64,000 nucleotides of DNA from Octopus sinensis. Taxonomy: Eukaryota. The notes beneath the pieces were generated by a model. The model was not told the DNA's origin and made no database searches. It saw only the letters and a list, made by a program, of their open reading frames with translations. Shown here piece after piece: positions 10,265 to 22,368 of the stretch; the stretch's first letter is position 1; each line of letters starts with the position of its first letter. The position numbers were made by a program, and so were the translations under genes. Location of the stretch: assembly GCF_006345805.1 (NCBI RefSeq), contig NC_043010.1, positions 15,624,001 through 15,688,000 on the forward strand. Reading direction: 5' to 3'.

Positions 10265-11187
10265 ACACACACACATACACACACACACACATACACAGAT
10301 ACACACGAACTCACATATATACACATGCATGCACACATGGATACATGAAGGCATACATACGTATATACGTACGTACAAATACGCATGTACACACACATAA
10401 TGCATACACGTAAATGAATGCATACGCACATAAATGCATACATATATATATACATATATGCACACATACATACATACATACATGCACACATACATACATA
10501 CACGCATACATAAATACATGTACACATAATACATACATACATACATACATACATACATACATACATACATACATACATACATACATACATACATAAATGC
10601 AAATATACATACATACGTGCACACACCCATACATACATACATACATACATACATACATACATGCACACATACATGCATACATACATACATGCATACATAC
10701 ATACATGCACACATACATACATACATACATACATACATACATACATACATACATACATACATAAATGCACTCATACGAACATGGTGGCTGTCAACTCGTA
10801 GACGAGGTTGACCATCACCGACTAATTATCCTAACGTAGATGTTAAAGATAATGCCTGTCAGCAATGTCTGTGCTGAAATCTGAAGTCAATAACAGCTTG
10901 TATAACATCGCTAAGATTCGCCTACAAAGCCGAGCAGTCGACTAACAAGCAAGAGTAAGAGCTCTGGAAGCTGGGTGTTATTTCTGAATTTCTTTTTCCA
11001 AGGGAAACATCTAAACAAAATCTAGGGGTCTCACACTCCCATCTATAGGATGGCTGTTGGCACTACTGAGTTTATCCGTCCCTTAGACAGGTCTTGTTTC
11101 TTTCCGTGCATTGTGCGCAACGAAAGTCATTCCCTTCACTTGGCCAGCTCGGTAGGGTTACTGCTTTAGTCGCCGATGATCCGACCA

Positions 11188-11591
11188 GGATGTCTTCGGT
11201 TTGAACGGCAGTTTTTAACATAATTTCTAGGTAACTAAAAAATTTTAAACTTCGTATACTGGTAGAATGTGTTTATAAAACATCTTTTTCTATTGGCTTT
11301 ATTGAGAAAATTCTATAGTTTGTAAGATATTTGTTGTTGTTCTGCAATTTCAACCAATCACTGACGTCTATTGAGGCAAAAAAACATTCTGTGCCGTATG
11401 AATATGTCCCTTGTTTAAGAAATAGATTGGGTTTATTTACATTTCTGAAGGAAAAAAGATACCCTTCTCCCACCCCTAACCATAACCCTAAAACAGATTG
11501 AAATGCAATAAATCGATACTAGGGTCATAATTATGGGTGACAATTTCATATGACGCCGCTAGAAAAACTGCCGTTCAAACCGAAAAGATCC
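11188..11591. mobile_element. Merlin-like MITE, second copy
   Basis: Colinear with 6028-6443; GG-starting TIRs; 8-bp TSD tccgacca/tccgaccg. Confidence 0.8.
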
Positions 11592-11599
11592 TCCGACCG

Positions 11600-11785
11600 T
11601 ACAAAAAGGTTGTGCTGTGTTACATGTTGATTGGAAAGCGGTTTGACATAACATACATATATACAATTGAGAAATTAGGCTTATCAAAACCAGAAAGGAG
11701 GAAGCAGATTCGAAGTCTACAGATCCGAGCCATCACTGGAACTGTAAAAATATGCAAAACTTTCCAGAAGTTTATCATTTGAGAA
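11600..11785 (+). pseudogene. C-terminal fragment of an RLE-type (R2/NeSL superfamily) LINE ORF
   Basis: LGLSKPERRKQIRSLQIRAITGTVKICKTFQKF; similar C-terminus at 38765-38965. Confidence 0.55.
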
Positions 11786-12002
11786 TATATGAGCATGTTT
11801 AGATATGCAAGTATATTCATGAGAAGACATACAAAACAAAACATACAAATCTGTACGTATACATACATACATACATACATACATACATACATACATACAT
11901 ACATACATACATAACACACATGCATGCATACATACATACATACATACATACATACATACATACATACATACATACATACATACATACATACATACATACA
12001 TA

Positions 12003-12523
12003 CAAAACCCCTGTTGTTGATGTTGAAATTCCAACGAAGGAACCTTGGATCCAGGTTAGAAACCGGGTCTTTCACTATTGGCAAGTAAACTTGAAATAAA
12101 ACTGAATAGCGACATACATACATTCATGCATATACACATAGACACATGCACACATACACACACATGCATACAAACATACTCACATACATACATACATACA
12201 TACAAACATACATACATACATACATACATACATACATACATACATACATACACATACATACATACATACATACATACATACATACACATACATACATACA
12301 TACATACATACATACATACATGCATACATACATACATACATACATACATACATACAAACATACATACATACATACATACATACATACATACATACATACA
12401 TACATACATACACATACATACATACATACATACATACATACATACATGCATACATGCATACAAAAATACCCTGTTGTTGATGTTGAAATTCCAATGAAGG
12501 AGCTTTGGATCCAAGTTAGAAAC
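12003..12523 (-). repeat. Two short retroposon 3'-end fragments (12003-12110, 12460-12523) with (TATG)n tails
   Basis: Repeated ccctgttgttgatgttgaaattccaa.gaagga.c.ttggatcca.gttagaaac adjoining microsatellite. Confidence 0.6.
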
Positions 12524-12905
12524 ACATACATACATACTTACTTACATACATACCTACATACATATACATACATACATATACACACACACATACATACTTA
12601 CATATACACATACATGCATACATACATACATACATACATACATACATACATACATACATACATACATACATACATACATACATACATGCATGCATACATA
12701 CATACATGCAAGCATTCATGCATATATGATACATACAAACATACATAACATACATACGTACAAACTGCCGCGACACCAATCTTGAGAAATTATGGCTCTG
12801 AAAACCAGGAAGGCGAAAGCTAATTAGAAGACTATAGAAGCAACGCATCAATGGATTTGTAGTGCATAAAGCTTGGCCAAAGACTAGCATATAAGTACAT
12901 ATATG

Positions 12906-13071
12906 TATGAGTGGCTGTGTGGTAAGTAGCTTGCTTACCAACCACATGGTTCCGGGTTCAGTCTCACTGCGTGGCACCTTTGGCAAGTGTCTTCTACTAT
13001 AGCCTCGGGCCGACCAGCCGACCAATGCCTTATGAGTGGATTGGTAGACGGAAACTTAAAGAAGCCCGTCT

Positions 13072-13133
<62 letters not shown>

Positions 13134-13388
13134 ATATATATACGTATGTATGTGTATGTGTATATGCTTGTGTGTCTGTGTTTGTCCCCCACATCGCTTG
13201 ACAACCGATGCTGGTGTGTATACGATCCCCGTAACTTAGCGGTTCGGCAAAAGAGACCGATAGAATAAGTACTAGGCTTACAAAGAATACATCCGCGGGT
13301 CGATTTTTCTCGACTAAAAGCGGTGCTCCAACATGGCCACAGTCAAATGACTGAAGCAAGTAAAAGTAAAAGTAATAGAGAGAGAGAG
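12906..13388 (+). mobile_element. CORE-like SINE
   Basis: Family consensus, full length. Confidence 0.9.
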
Positions 13389-13419
13389 TATACACGTGGT
13401 TACCAAACAGTATAAAATA

Positions 13420-13880
13420 AACGATGGAACTCGAGGCGATCCAACGATGCTACACGAAGGTCGGTACTATGAGACATATCAGCTGCCGGGAGAGACTGAA
13501 AGAGTTAAGACTCTACTACCTGGAGCGAAGACGGGGAACATGTTCAGTTACAAACACCTGGAAATTTCATAAATAAAACTTGTGCCAGAGTTTGGCATTG
13601 TCAGTTACATAAACAGCAAGATGGGGTGTCACTGCATAGTACCAAAAACCCCAACGTTGCCTTCAGGGTACAGAACTAGATACTGCAATAGTTTTGGCTT
13701 CAAAGGCGCCACACTCTTCAGTATCCTCCCACAAAGCCCGAGAGACCTGCATGGCGTGGAGGTAGGCATTTTCATAACAAAATTGGATCTCCAGCTGTGA
13801 AGAGTTCCAGATGGACCTACTTCAAGGCAAGAAACACAGATGAGGGCAGCAACGTCGAATTCCCTCATCCAGCAGAGTAG
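13420..13880 (+). pseudogene. CR1-group LINE ORF2 C-terminal fragment
   Basis: MELEAIQRCYTK...ERLKELRLYYLERRR...FGFKGATLFSILPQS.RDL...KLD...VPD. Confidence 0.7.
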
Positions 13881-13970
13881 GGTTAGGGAAAATGTAGTAA
13901 AAGTAAATGGCGGTGCCCCAGCATGGCCGCAGTCCTTGGACTGAAACGAAAAAAAAAAGAATGTATAGAC

Positions 13971-14278
13971 GTTGTTGTTTGTTCCTTCTCGAGCTACACC
14001 TGGCTCATAAGGGCCAGTTTCCCGGTTTCCTTGGCGTATAGATTCCCCACCTGGACGGGACGTCGGTCCATCACAGGTGAGCTGCAAGATGAAAGAGGAA
14101 AGAGTGAGAGAAAGTTGTGGCGAAAGAGTTAGCAGAAGTTCGCCATTACCTTCTGCCGGAGCCGCGTTGAGCTTAGGTGTTTCGCTCATAAACACACACA
14201 TCGTCCGATCTGAGATTCGAACCCGCGATCCCTCGACCGCGAGTCCGCTGCTCTAACCGCTAGGCGATGTGCCTCCAC
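13971..14278 (-). mobile_element. tRNA-Arg-headed SINE (GAAGGAACAAAC-tail type)
   Basis: A/B boxes and family consensus; candidate TSD tatagacgt. Confidence 0.9.
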
Positions 14279-14411
14279 CAATATATAGACGTGGAATAAT
14301 ACGTATGATTATAAATATAAGCCAAAGCGTGCGGATCAGCACATGCACTGACTCAAGTTACTTGCACTTAGACACACATTCGATGTTTCTGCGATGAGGT
14401 GATTATATATT

Positions 14412-14576
14412 TCTTTATTTATTGCCCACAAGGGGGCTAAACATAGAGGGACAAATAAGGACAGACAAAAGGATTAAGTCGATTACATCGACCTCAGTGC
14501 ATAACTGGTACTTATTTAATTGACCCCGAAAGGATGATAGGCAAAGTCGACCACGGCGGAATTTGATCTCAGAACG
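14412..14576 (-). mobile_element. Meta-domain-like SINE, 5'-truncated
   Basis: GTCGACTTTGCCT.TCATCCTTTCGGGGTC.ATTAAATAAGTACCAG on the minus strand. Confidence 0.8.
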
Positions 14577-14670
14577 TTTCGCTTGTTGTATGCTCCACCC
14601 ATCTTCAGCTCTCTTGTCATTCACCTTAGTGCCTTGCATGGGATTGAACCTACGCAAAGTTAATCACAAG

Positions 14671-14713
14671 ACACCTGAAGAAAGCAGGAGTATACAACGG
14701 CTGAAACTTAGTG
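14671..14713 (+). ncRNA. Degenerate PLE hammerhead
   Basis: CAC-CTGAAGA-A-AGC..GCT-GAAAC-TTA-GTG; stem III mismatch, 3-bp stem I. Confidence 0.35.
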
Positions 14714-14811
14714 AAATCAACAATCAAGATGAAGACGCCACTCTGACTAATATATGACACACACACACATATTTAGTTAAATATTTTTTTTGTTGACGAC
14801 TGTTGTTATCG

Positions 14812-15075
14812 CTAGGCCTAACTCATCGTAAAGTCAATACCACCATGACTGATATCCAATCTACAGTGGAGAAGGCTAGCCACTGGATTTGGTTAAAAAG
14901 AGACGATGAGCGATGGCTAGAAGTATATTGAGTTTTTCATAACCAGCTGATCTAGCCAGCGGGGCCTCATATCAGTGAGGGGGGCCGGTGCGCATTGATG
15001 CCGTCGAGAGGTAGGCCCCGAAACGGCGCGCATTCTCTCCTGATGACCCCATACACTTGCTAGCTTCCGGTATAC
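14812..15075 (+). mobile_element. 3' end of a HERO-like (R2 superfamily) LINE: ORF C-terminus plus structured 3'UTR
   Basis: LGLTHRKVNTTMTDIQSTVEKASHWIWLKRDDERWLEVY* (14812-14931); the EKASHWIWLKR motif resembles HERO-type C-termini. Confidence 0.6.
15000..15050 (+). ncRNA. Candidate non-circularly permuted hammerhead ribozyme
   Basis: GCCGT-C-GAGAG ... CCCC-GAAA-CGGC ... CTCTC-CTGATGA-CCCC; stems I and III complementary, stem II not evident. Confidence 0.55.
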
Positions 15076-15587
15076 GGAGCTTTTAACTGGTAGCACTTGC
15101 ATGTGCAATTTGTTTGCAAGATATATAGTTAACGTATATAGTTATTTAGAAGAATGCAAAAGACCACTGATGCGGTCACAGAAGTGTGACGAAAGAACTC
15201 TGGCCGTAATAAGATTAAGATTAATGTAAAAAATAAATAAAGCTGAAGCAAATTAACACCAAATATATAGTGCGTGTGTTTGTATTGGCTAAACTGGCAA
15301 CATGACCATTCCTAAATACAACAACATATATGTATGTATATGTATATATATATATAGAGAGAGAGAGAGAGACAACACACACATACACACACTCATGTAT
15401 ACATACATACATAGATGTATCCATACATAATCACATACCTACATACATACATACATACAAACATACATACATAGAAACACACATATAGATACACACAAAT
15501 ACGCGGCGCACGCATAAGCTCACACACACACACACACACACGCACACACACGCACGCACACACACACACACGCACACACACACACAC

Positions 15588-15619
<32 letters not shown>

Positions 15620-16223
15620 AATGGGAAACATAAAATCCCAGAAAAGATTTTTTTGTATATATATATATATATATATATATTTCCTCCACGTTTTCTTTTA
15701 CTAAATACGTGTTTCGACCTTCTAGAAATAGCAGTTAAATCTCCTTCAAAGTTCATCCAACCGTTTTTTTTTTAAATGGCTGCATATACAGGATAAATTA
15801 GTCCCCGAATATAATACGTCTGAAAAAGAAGACGTGATCGTCACAGCTGGAAAGCCAGCCGAACTATGAAAATTCGACACATATATAAATACTTGTTTCT
15901 CCACATGACCGGATCATCTTTCATCTCAGCTAATCAGTTTTTGTAATGACATTCCGATTTAGAGTTAAACATTACATTATATATTATTGTCGTCGTCGCC
16001 GTCGACTTAGTTTTTGTTGTTATTGTTGCTGCTGTCTGCTTTATTATTATTATTATTTTTTATTATTACAATGTCTGCCACAAAGCAAAATCATTCACCA
16101 TCTGGCGTAAAAACTGGCGAGATTATATCTGTTCGTCAGGATGTCTATCTAACAGCAGTTAGCTAGTCACGTCTATTCATGTACGTTAATGTACAATATT
16201 GTACCATCTTATACAGTGATTTT

Positions 16224-16257
<34 letters not shown>

Positions 16258-16259
<2 letters not shown>

Positions 16260-16485
16260 TCTTTTACTCTTTTACTTGTTTCAGTCATTTGACTGTGGCC
16301 ATGCTGGAGCACCGCCTTTTAGTCGAGCAAATCGATCCCAGGACTTTATTCTTTGTAAGCCTAGTACTTATTCCATCGCACTCTTTTGCTGAACCGCTAA
16401 GTTACGGGGACGTAAAGACACACCAGCATATGTCGGGGGACGAACACAGCGATGTTGGGTGGTGGGGGGGACAAACACAGACACA

Positions 16486-16521
<36 letters not shown>

Positions 16522-16712
16522 TACATATATACGACGGGCTTCTTTCAGTTTCCGTCTACCAAATCCACTCATAAGGCTTTGGTCGGCCCGAGGCTATAGT
16601 AGAAGACACTTGCCACGCAGTGGGACTGAACCCGGAACCATGTGGTTCTTAAGCAAGCTACTTACCACACAGCCACTCCTGTGCCATGCTTACCACACAG
16701 CCACTCCTGCGC
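16258..16712 (-). mobile_element. CORE-like SINE
   Basis: Family consensus. Confidence 0.88.
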
Positions 16713-16869
16713 CATACACACCCAACCCTATATTTTTTCTTCACTACTCTGGCTAATACGGCGAAGGCAATTTTTTTTCTTCTTTTTTCTAAAGAGTCTA
16801 ACATGACCGAGCGAAACATGCTCGGAATTGCTTACCCCATATGCAGATATGAATAGCATAATTTTGGCT

Positions 16870-17395
16870 TCAAAGTTTAGCGCAAGGCCAGCAATTTCGA
16901 GAGAGGTGATAAGTCTATTACATCGACCCCAGTGCTCAACTGGTACTTATTTTATCGACCCCGAAAGGATGAAAGGCAAAATCGACCTCGGTGGAATTTG
17001 AACTCAGAATGAAAAAAAAACGAAGAATTGGGGCTAAGCGTTCTGCCAGCTCCCCGTCTTATAAATAAAATAACATTAGCTATTGAACTAAAGTTGTCTT
17101 TTCTTCACCACATAAATATTTTCAAAAAAGTTTTTTTTTTTTTTTTTCTTTTTCATGTTTAGTACATTAAACTTATCTACCGTTAACTTAAGGTAGTGAG
17201 TTGGCAGAATCGTTCACGCATCAGACAACATGCCTGGTAGCATTTCCTCCAGCTTCACGTTTTGAGTTCAAATGCCGCCGAGGTTGACTTTCTCTATCAT
17301 GTTTTCAGGGTCGATGAAATAAGTACCAGTTGAATACTGGGTCGCAGCAATCAACTTACTCCCCCACCCCTAAAAAAATTGCTGACCTTGTGTTC
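16870..17395. mobile_element. Two Meta-domain-like SINE copies (minus ~16870-17060; plus ~17185-17395)
   Basis: GAGTTCAAAT.CCGCCGAGGT.GACTTT...GGTCGAT.AAATAAGTACCAGTT. Confidence 0.75.
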
Positions 17396-17605
17396 ACAGC
17401 CGACCAAAGCCTTGTGAGTGGTTTTGGTGGTCGGAAACTGAAAGAAGTCCGACGTATATATAATATATAATATATATTATATATATATATAATATATATA
17501 TAATAATATATATTGATAAAACGGTAAGATAAAACAAAGAAAGAAGAGACCTCAATATTATGTAAATAGAGGAAATTTATCTATACAATATGTTACATTA
17601 CTCGG

Positions 17606-17679
17606 TAGTCAAGATAAAACTCTGAGTTTCAGATGCCGAAGTGGAAATCCACAACACCATCTCTTCGGTTATCTGGCTA
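17606..17679 (-). ncRNA. Hammerhead-like motif in the inverted pLTR
   Basis: TAGCCAGATAA-CCGAAGA-GATG..CATC-T-GAAAC-TCAGA-GTT-TTATCTTGACTA. Confidence 0.6.
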
Positions 17680-19292
17680 TTTGAAAACGTTATGAAAAAA
17701 TACGTTAAAAATGAAGGGAAATTACTCTGTTATAACTCTGCTTTGCCTGCGTACTTATATACATCGCTCGCATTTTTCGTCATAAAAATTAATAAAAATA
17801 CATAAAAATATATAAAATATATAAAAATAATAAAATCTTCTTGGGACATAACACAGAAAGCATGTTCTATCCGTTTTCTTTAGGGGACCAAAAACGTAAC
17901 AGATGTGAGCATGGGTTCATATGATGGGGCAGGCATCTGTGATCTAATTGGACTCTTTCTCATAGATACCTTCGGTAAGACATTCCCTAACGTACATTTC
18001 GCCATCTACAAAGATGATGCCCTCGCCTTAACAGCTAATACAAATGGACCAGCACAAGATCGTTTTAGGAAGGATATTATCCAGTTAATGAAAAAAATTC
18101 GGACTTAGTATAACTATAGACACTAACCTGACGGTTGTCAATTTCTTAGACGTTTCCTTAGATCTTAATAATAATATTTATAAGCCTTATAGGAAGCCCA
18201 ATGATAGACTAAGTATATTAATGTAGGTTCATGCCATCCCCCTATAGTATTCAAAAATTTAGTTAAAAATATTAGTAAGAGGATTTCTAGCCTCTCATCT
18301 AATGAGGACATCTTCAATAGCGTTGCCCCAGTTTATAATAAAGCTTTAAAAGATAGTGGTTTTAGCGAAAAAATAAAATATACACCTATCACCAGCCCAA
18401 CAATAAGGAAAAGGAATAATAGAAATAGGAAGGTCATCTGGTTTACGCCCCCTTACTCACCCGAGGTGGCCTTCAATATAGGTAAATATTTCCTAGCACT
18501 GATAGATAGACATTTTCCAGTTAACCATGCTTATAGGAAACTCTTTAATAGACACAATTTAAAAATTAGTTTTAGTTCAACTACCAATTTTAAAAACATA
18601 ATCAATCATAACATACAAAAAACACAAGAAGAAAACAGCTGTTCATGCAGGAATAAAGAATTGTGGCCGCTAAATGGAGCTTGCATGTCCAAGACCATCA
18701 TATAGAAGCACCGTAAACTCTATAACCACTAAAGACACCGTTTCGACGAAGAAGAGAAATACGTGGGCCTGACAGAGGGTAATTTCAAGGCCAGGTTCAA
18801 TAACCACACTTTGAGCTTTAGGCACTGGAACAAAAGAAAAGCGACACAATTATCCAATCATATTTGGTCTTTAAGAGATAAAGGTGTCGATTATAACATA
18901 CAATGGAAGATTTTGGCCAGATGTAAGCCCTATACTAACGGCAGGGAAGGTGCGGTTTATGCGACATGGAGAGATGGCTTATCTGGAAAAGCAGCTTAGA
19001 CCCTACCACATGTCTAAATACAAGGACAGAGCTTTTCGGATCATGCCCACATGTGACTAACAAATTTTTGTTACGTTTTTGGTCCCCTAAAGAAAACGGA
19101 TAGAACATGCTTTCTGTGTTATGTTCCAAGAAGATTTTATATATTTTTATATATTTTTATATATTTTTATGTATTTTTATATAATTTTTATGACGAAAAA
19201 TGCGAGCGATGTATAAGTACGCAGGCAAAGCAGAGTTATAACAGAGTAATTTCCCTTCATTTTTAACGGTATTTTTTCATAACGTTTTCAAA

Positions 19293-19364
19293 TAGCCAGA
19301 TAACCGAAGAGATGGTGTTGTGGATTTCCACTTCGGCATCTGAACTCAGAGTTTATCTTGACTA
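19293..19364 (+). ncRNA. Hammerhead-like motif in the 3' pLTR (one A lost from GAAA)
   Basis: Same motif as 17606-17679 with small deletions. Confidence 0.45.
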
Positions 19365-19434
19365 CCGAGTAATGTAACATATTGTATAGATATATATATA
19401 TATATATTATATATTACAAATAAGCAACAAGAAA

Positions 19435-19540
19435 TCTCCGGTAATTTGGTACGATCGTTTCACGCTACATCATTTTATCAAATATTGTAAATATTACAAC
19501 AGTTTTAAAATGTTGAGCAATCATCAGCCATTTATAGAGG
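19435..19540 (-). ncRNA. Type I hammerhead with long stem II (separate PLE family)
   Basis: TGG-CTGATGA-(T)TGCT..AGCG(T)-GAAAC-GATC-GTA-CCA; palindromic stem III ACGATCGT. Confidence 0.65.
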
Positions 19541-19607
19541 TTGGATCTAACTTAAGTACCATATTCATTTGAATCTAAATTTTGCTGAACTTATATATAT
19601 ATATATA

Positions 19608-19950
19608 CCGTATTTGATGGCCTATAAGACGCACCTTTTTTTAAACCCTTAAATGGCCTTAAAAATCCCCTTGCGTCCAATACTCTCAATGTAGGCTCAA
19701 AACTCTCTCAAAACGGTATGTATGTTTACAAAACGTGTGCTGCCATCTGTTGGTGAACAATCGCCTACGGTATGTTTATATCGAATGTGGATGCAATAAA
19801 TCACTTATAATTACCGGTAAAAAGCATAAAGTTATACAGGTAAGTGGACAAATTAAAACATTATTTTAGTGGAAATTTATTTTACAAAAGTATAGCCTAG
19901 GCTAGGGTGCAACATATACACTCGTGCGTCTTATAGGCCATCAAATACGG
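19608..19950. mobile_element. pogo/Tigger-type MITE
   Basis: TIR CCGTATTTGATGGCCTATAAGACGCAC at both ends, flanked by TA. Confidence 0.88.
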
Positions 19951-19997
19951 TATGTGTGTGTGTATGTGTATGTGTGTGTGTGCGTGCGTGCGCGTGT

Positions 19998-20041
<44 letters not shown>

Positions 20042-20235
20042 TGTTTGTGTGTCAGTGTTTGTCCCCCGCCCCCAACTTAGTGGTTCCGCAAAAGAATAAG
20101 TCCTGGGGTCGATTTGCTCGACTAAAGGATGAATAGCAAAGTCGTCTTTAACCGAATATGAACTTCGAAATTAAAGACGGACGAAATGCCGCTAAGCATT
20201 TTTGTCTTGCTAACAATTCTGCCGGCTCGCCGCCG

Positions 20236-20377
20236 AGTGGCTGTATGGTATGTAGCTTGCTTTCCAACCACGTGGTTCCAGGTTCAGCCCCACTGTGTGG
20301 TACCTTGGGCAAGAGTCTTCTACTATAGCCTCGGGCTGACCAAATCCTTGTGAATGAATTTGCCGTCGTATATGAAT

Positions 20378-20424
<47 letters not shown>

Positions 20425-20632
20425 TGTGTGTGTGTGCATTTGTCCCCACCACCGATTGACAACCGGTGTCGGTGTGTTTACGTCCCCGCAACTTAGCGGT
20501 TCGACAAAAGACACCGATAGAATAAGTATCACGTTAAAAAATAAAAAGGGCTGGGGTCAATTAGTTTGACTTAAATTCTTCAAGCTGGTGCTCCAGCATG
20601 GCCGCATTCTAATGACTGGAACAAATAAAAGA
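20236..20632 (+). mobile_element. CORE-like SINE (preceded by SINE fragments at 20040-20235)
   Basis: Family consensus. Confidence 0.8.
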
Positions 20633-20647
20633 ATATATATATATATA

Positions 20648-20911
20648 CTAGCAGTATCTCCCGGCGTTGCGGTTTGTTTAGACCCTTTAGAATTGGAATT
20701 TTTGAAAAGTAAAAATTTGGCAGTATGTAGCTTGTTATTCTCTTTAAGTGAAATACACCGAAAAATGGCGACACAGCAGTCAAACATCGTAAAAAATAGG
20801 GATTTTCATAGAAAAAAGGCACCTTTTTGATGTAAATAACTTTTGGTGTTAACATGGTCCGATTTGAATTTTTTCTTCTACGGAAGGAAGAGTTAGCCTT
20901 CTTCTATCATA

Positions 20912-20968
<57 letters not shown>

Positions 20969-21365
20969 ATATACGAAAACCCTCCAGGCTACATCCCGAA
21001 AATTCATTTCTTTGCCGAATGCCTACAATGTTTACGGCGATTCGTTTTTATATCTTGATTTTTTTATTTTTCATGCAATTTACGGATGCTTGCACGCGTG
21101 GTGAACACAGTTCACGTCAAACAGCTGACTGAGTAAAGTTCACTATTCAATGCATGGGATAAGGCCTAAACAAACACATTATCGATTTTTGCACTTGCGA
21201 GATGAATTTCGGAACAGAAATAGCGCAGTTCAATTTTCATTCGCCTAAACTTTAAGTGACCCATTGTTGGTGGTTCTACGATTTATTGGCTAGGAGGAGA
21301 TGTGCCGGGAAGTTAAACACACAGATACACACACAGACATACAAGTTGAGTTTTTTATATATAGA
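20648..21365 (-). mobile_element. Non-autonomous Helitron
   Basis: Minus strand begins A|TC and ends with a GC-rich hairpin followed by CTAG|T. Confidence 0.75.
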
Positions 21366-21374
21366 TATATATAT

Positions 21375-21619
21375 TCTTTTATTCTTTTACTTGTTTCAGT
21401 CATCTGAGTGCGGCCATGCTGGAGCACTACCTTTAATCGAACAAATCGCTCCCAGAACTTATCCTATGTAAGACCAGTACTTATTCTATCGTTTTTTTTT
21501 GCCGAACCACTAAGTTACGGGGACGTAAAAACACCAACGTCGGTTGTCAAGCGATGGTGGTGGGGGGACAAACACAGACGCACAAATGCACACACACACA
21601 CATACACATATACACACAA

Positions 21620-21657
<38 letters not shown>

Positions 21658-22005
21658 GATGGGCTTCTTTCAGTTTCCGTTACCAAATCCAGTCACAAGT
21701 CTTTCGTCAGTCCGGGGCTATAGCGGAAGGCGTCCACGTTTTGAACCTGGTTTTGCCGAACCACTAAGTTACGGAGACATAAAAACACCAACGTTAGTTG
21801 TCAAGCGATGGTGGTGGAGGGGGGGACAAACACAGACACACAAATACACACACAACACACACACACACACACACACACCACACACACACACACACACACA
21901 TACACACACATATATGATGAGCTTCATTCAGTTTCCGTTACCAAATTCAGTCACAAGTCTTTCGTCAGCCCGGGGTTATAGTGGAAGACATTTGCCCAAG
22001 TTTTG
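21375..22005 (-). mobile_element. CORE-like SINE with internal partial tandem duplication
   Basis: ttttgccgaaccactaagttacgg..tcagtttccgttaccaaat occurs twice. Confidence 0.8.
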
Positions 22006-22059
22006 AACAGAAGGCAGCAAGCCTGTAGAATTGTCAGCATGCCGTGGGAAATGTTTGTT

Positions 22060-22368
22060 GTGGAGGCACATGGCCTGGTGGTTAGAGCTGCGGACTCGCG
22101 GTCGAGGGATCGCGGGTTCGAATCTCAGACCGGGTGATGTGTGTATTTATGAGCGAAAACACCTAAGCTTCACGCGGCTCCGGCAGAAGGTAATGGCGAA
22201 ACTTCTGCTGACTCTTTCGCCACAACTTTCTCTCACTCTTTCCTCCTGCACCTTGCAGCTTACCTGTGACGGACCGGCGTCCCGTTCAGGTGGGGAACTT
22301 ATACGCCAAGGAAACCGGGAAACCGGCCCTTATGAGCCAGGCATGGCTTGAGAAGGAACAAAACAAGT
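22060..22368 (+). mobile_element. tRNA-Arg-headed SINE (GAAGGAACAAAC tail)
   Basis: TGGCCTGGTGG A-box, GGTTCGAATCT B-box. Confidence 0.9.

Larger units (their letters stand above)
17515..19392 (+). mobile_element. Penelope-like retroelement (probably Naiad-type), 5'-truncated, with inverted ~320-bp terminal repeats
   Basis: RT (MGSYDGAGICDLIG..YKDD..FLDV), then CSCRNKELWPLNGAC, GIY-YIG (TIIY..YVGLTEGNFKARFNNH..CGLC..LNTRTELFGSCPH), several frameshifts; 17580-17901 is the reverse complement of 19069-19390. Confidence 0.9.
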
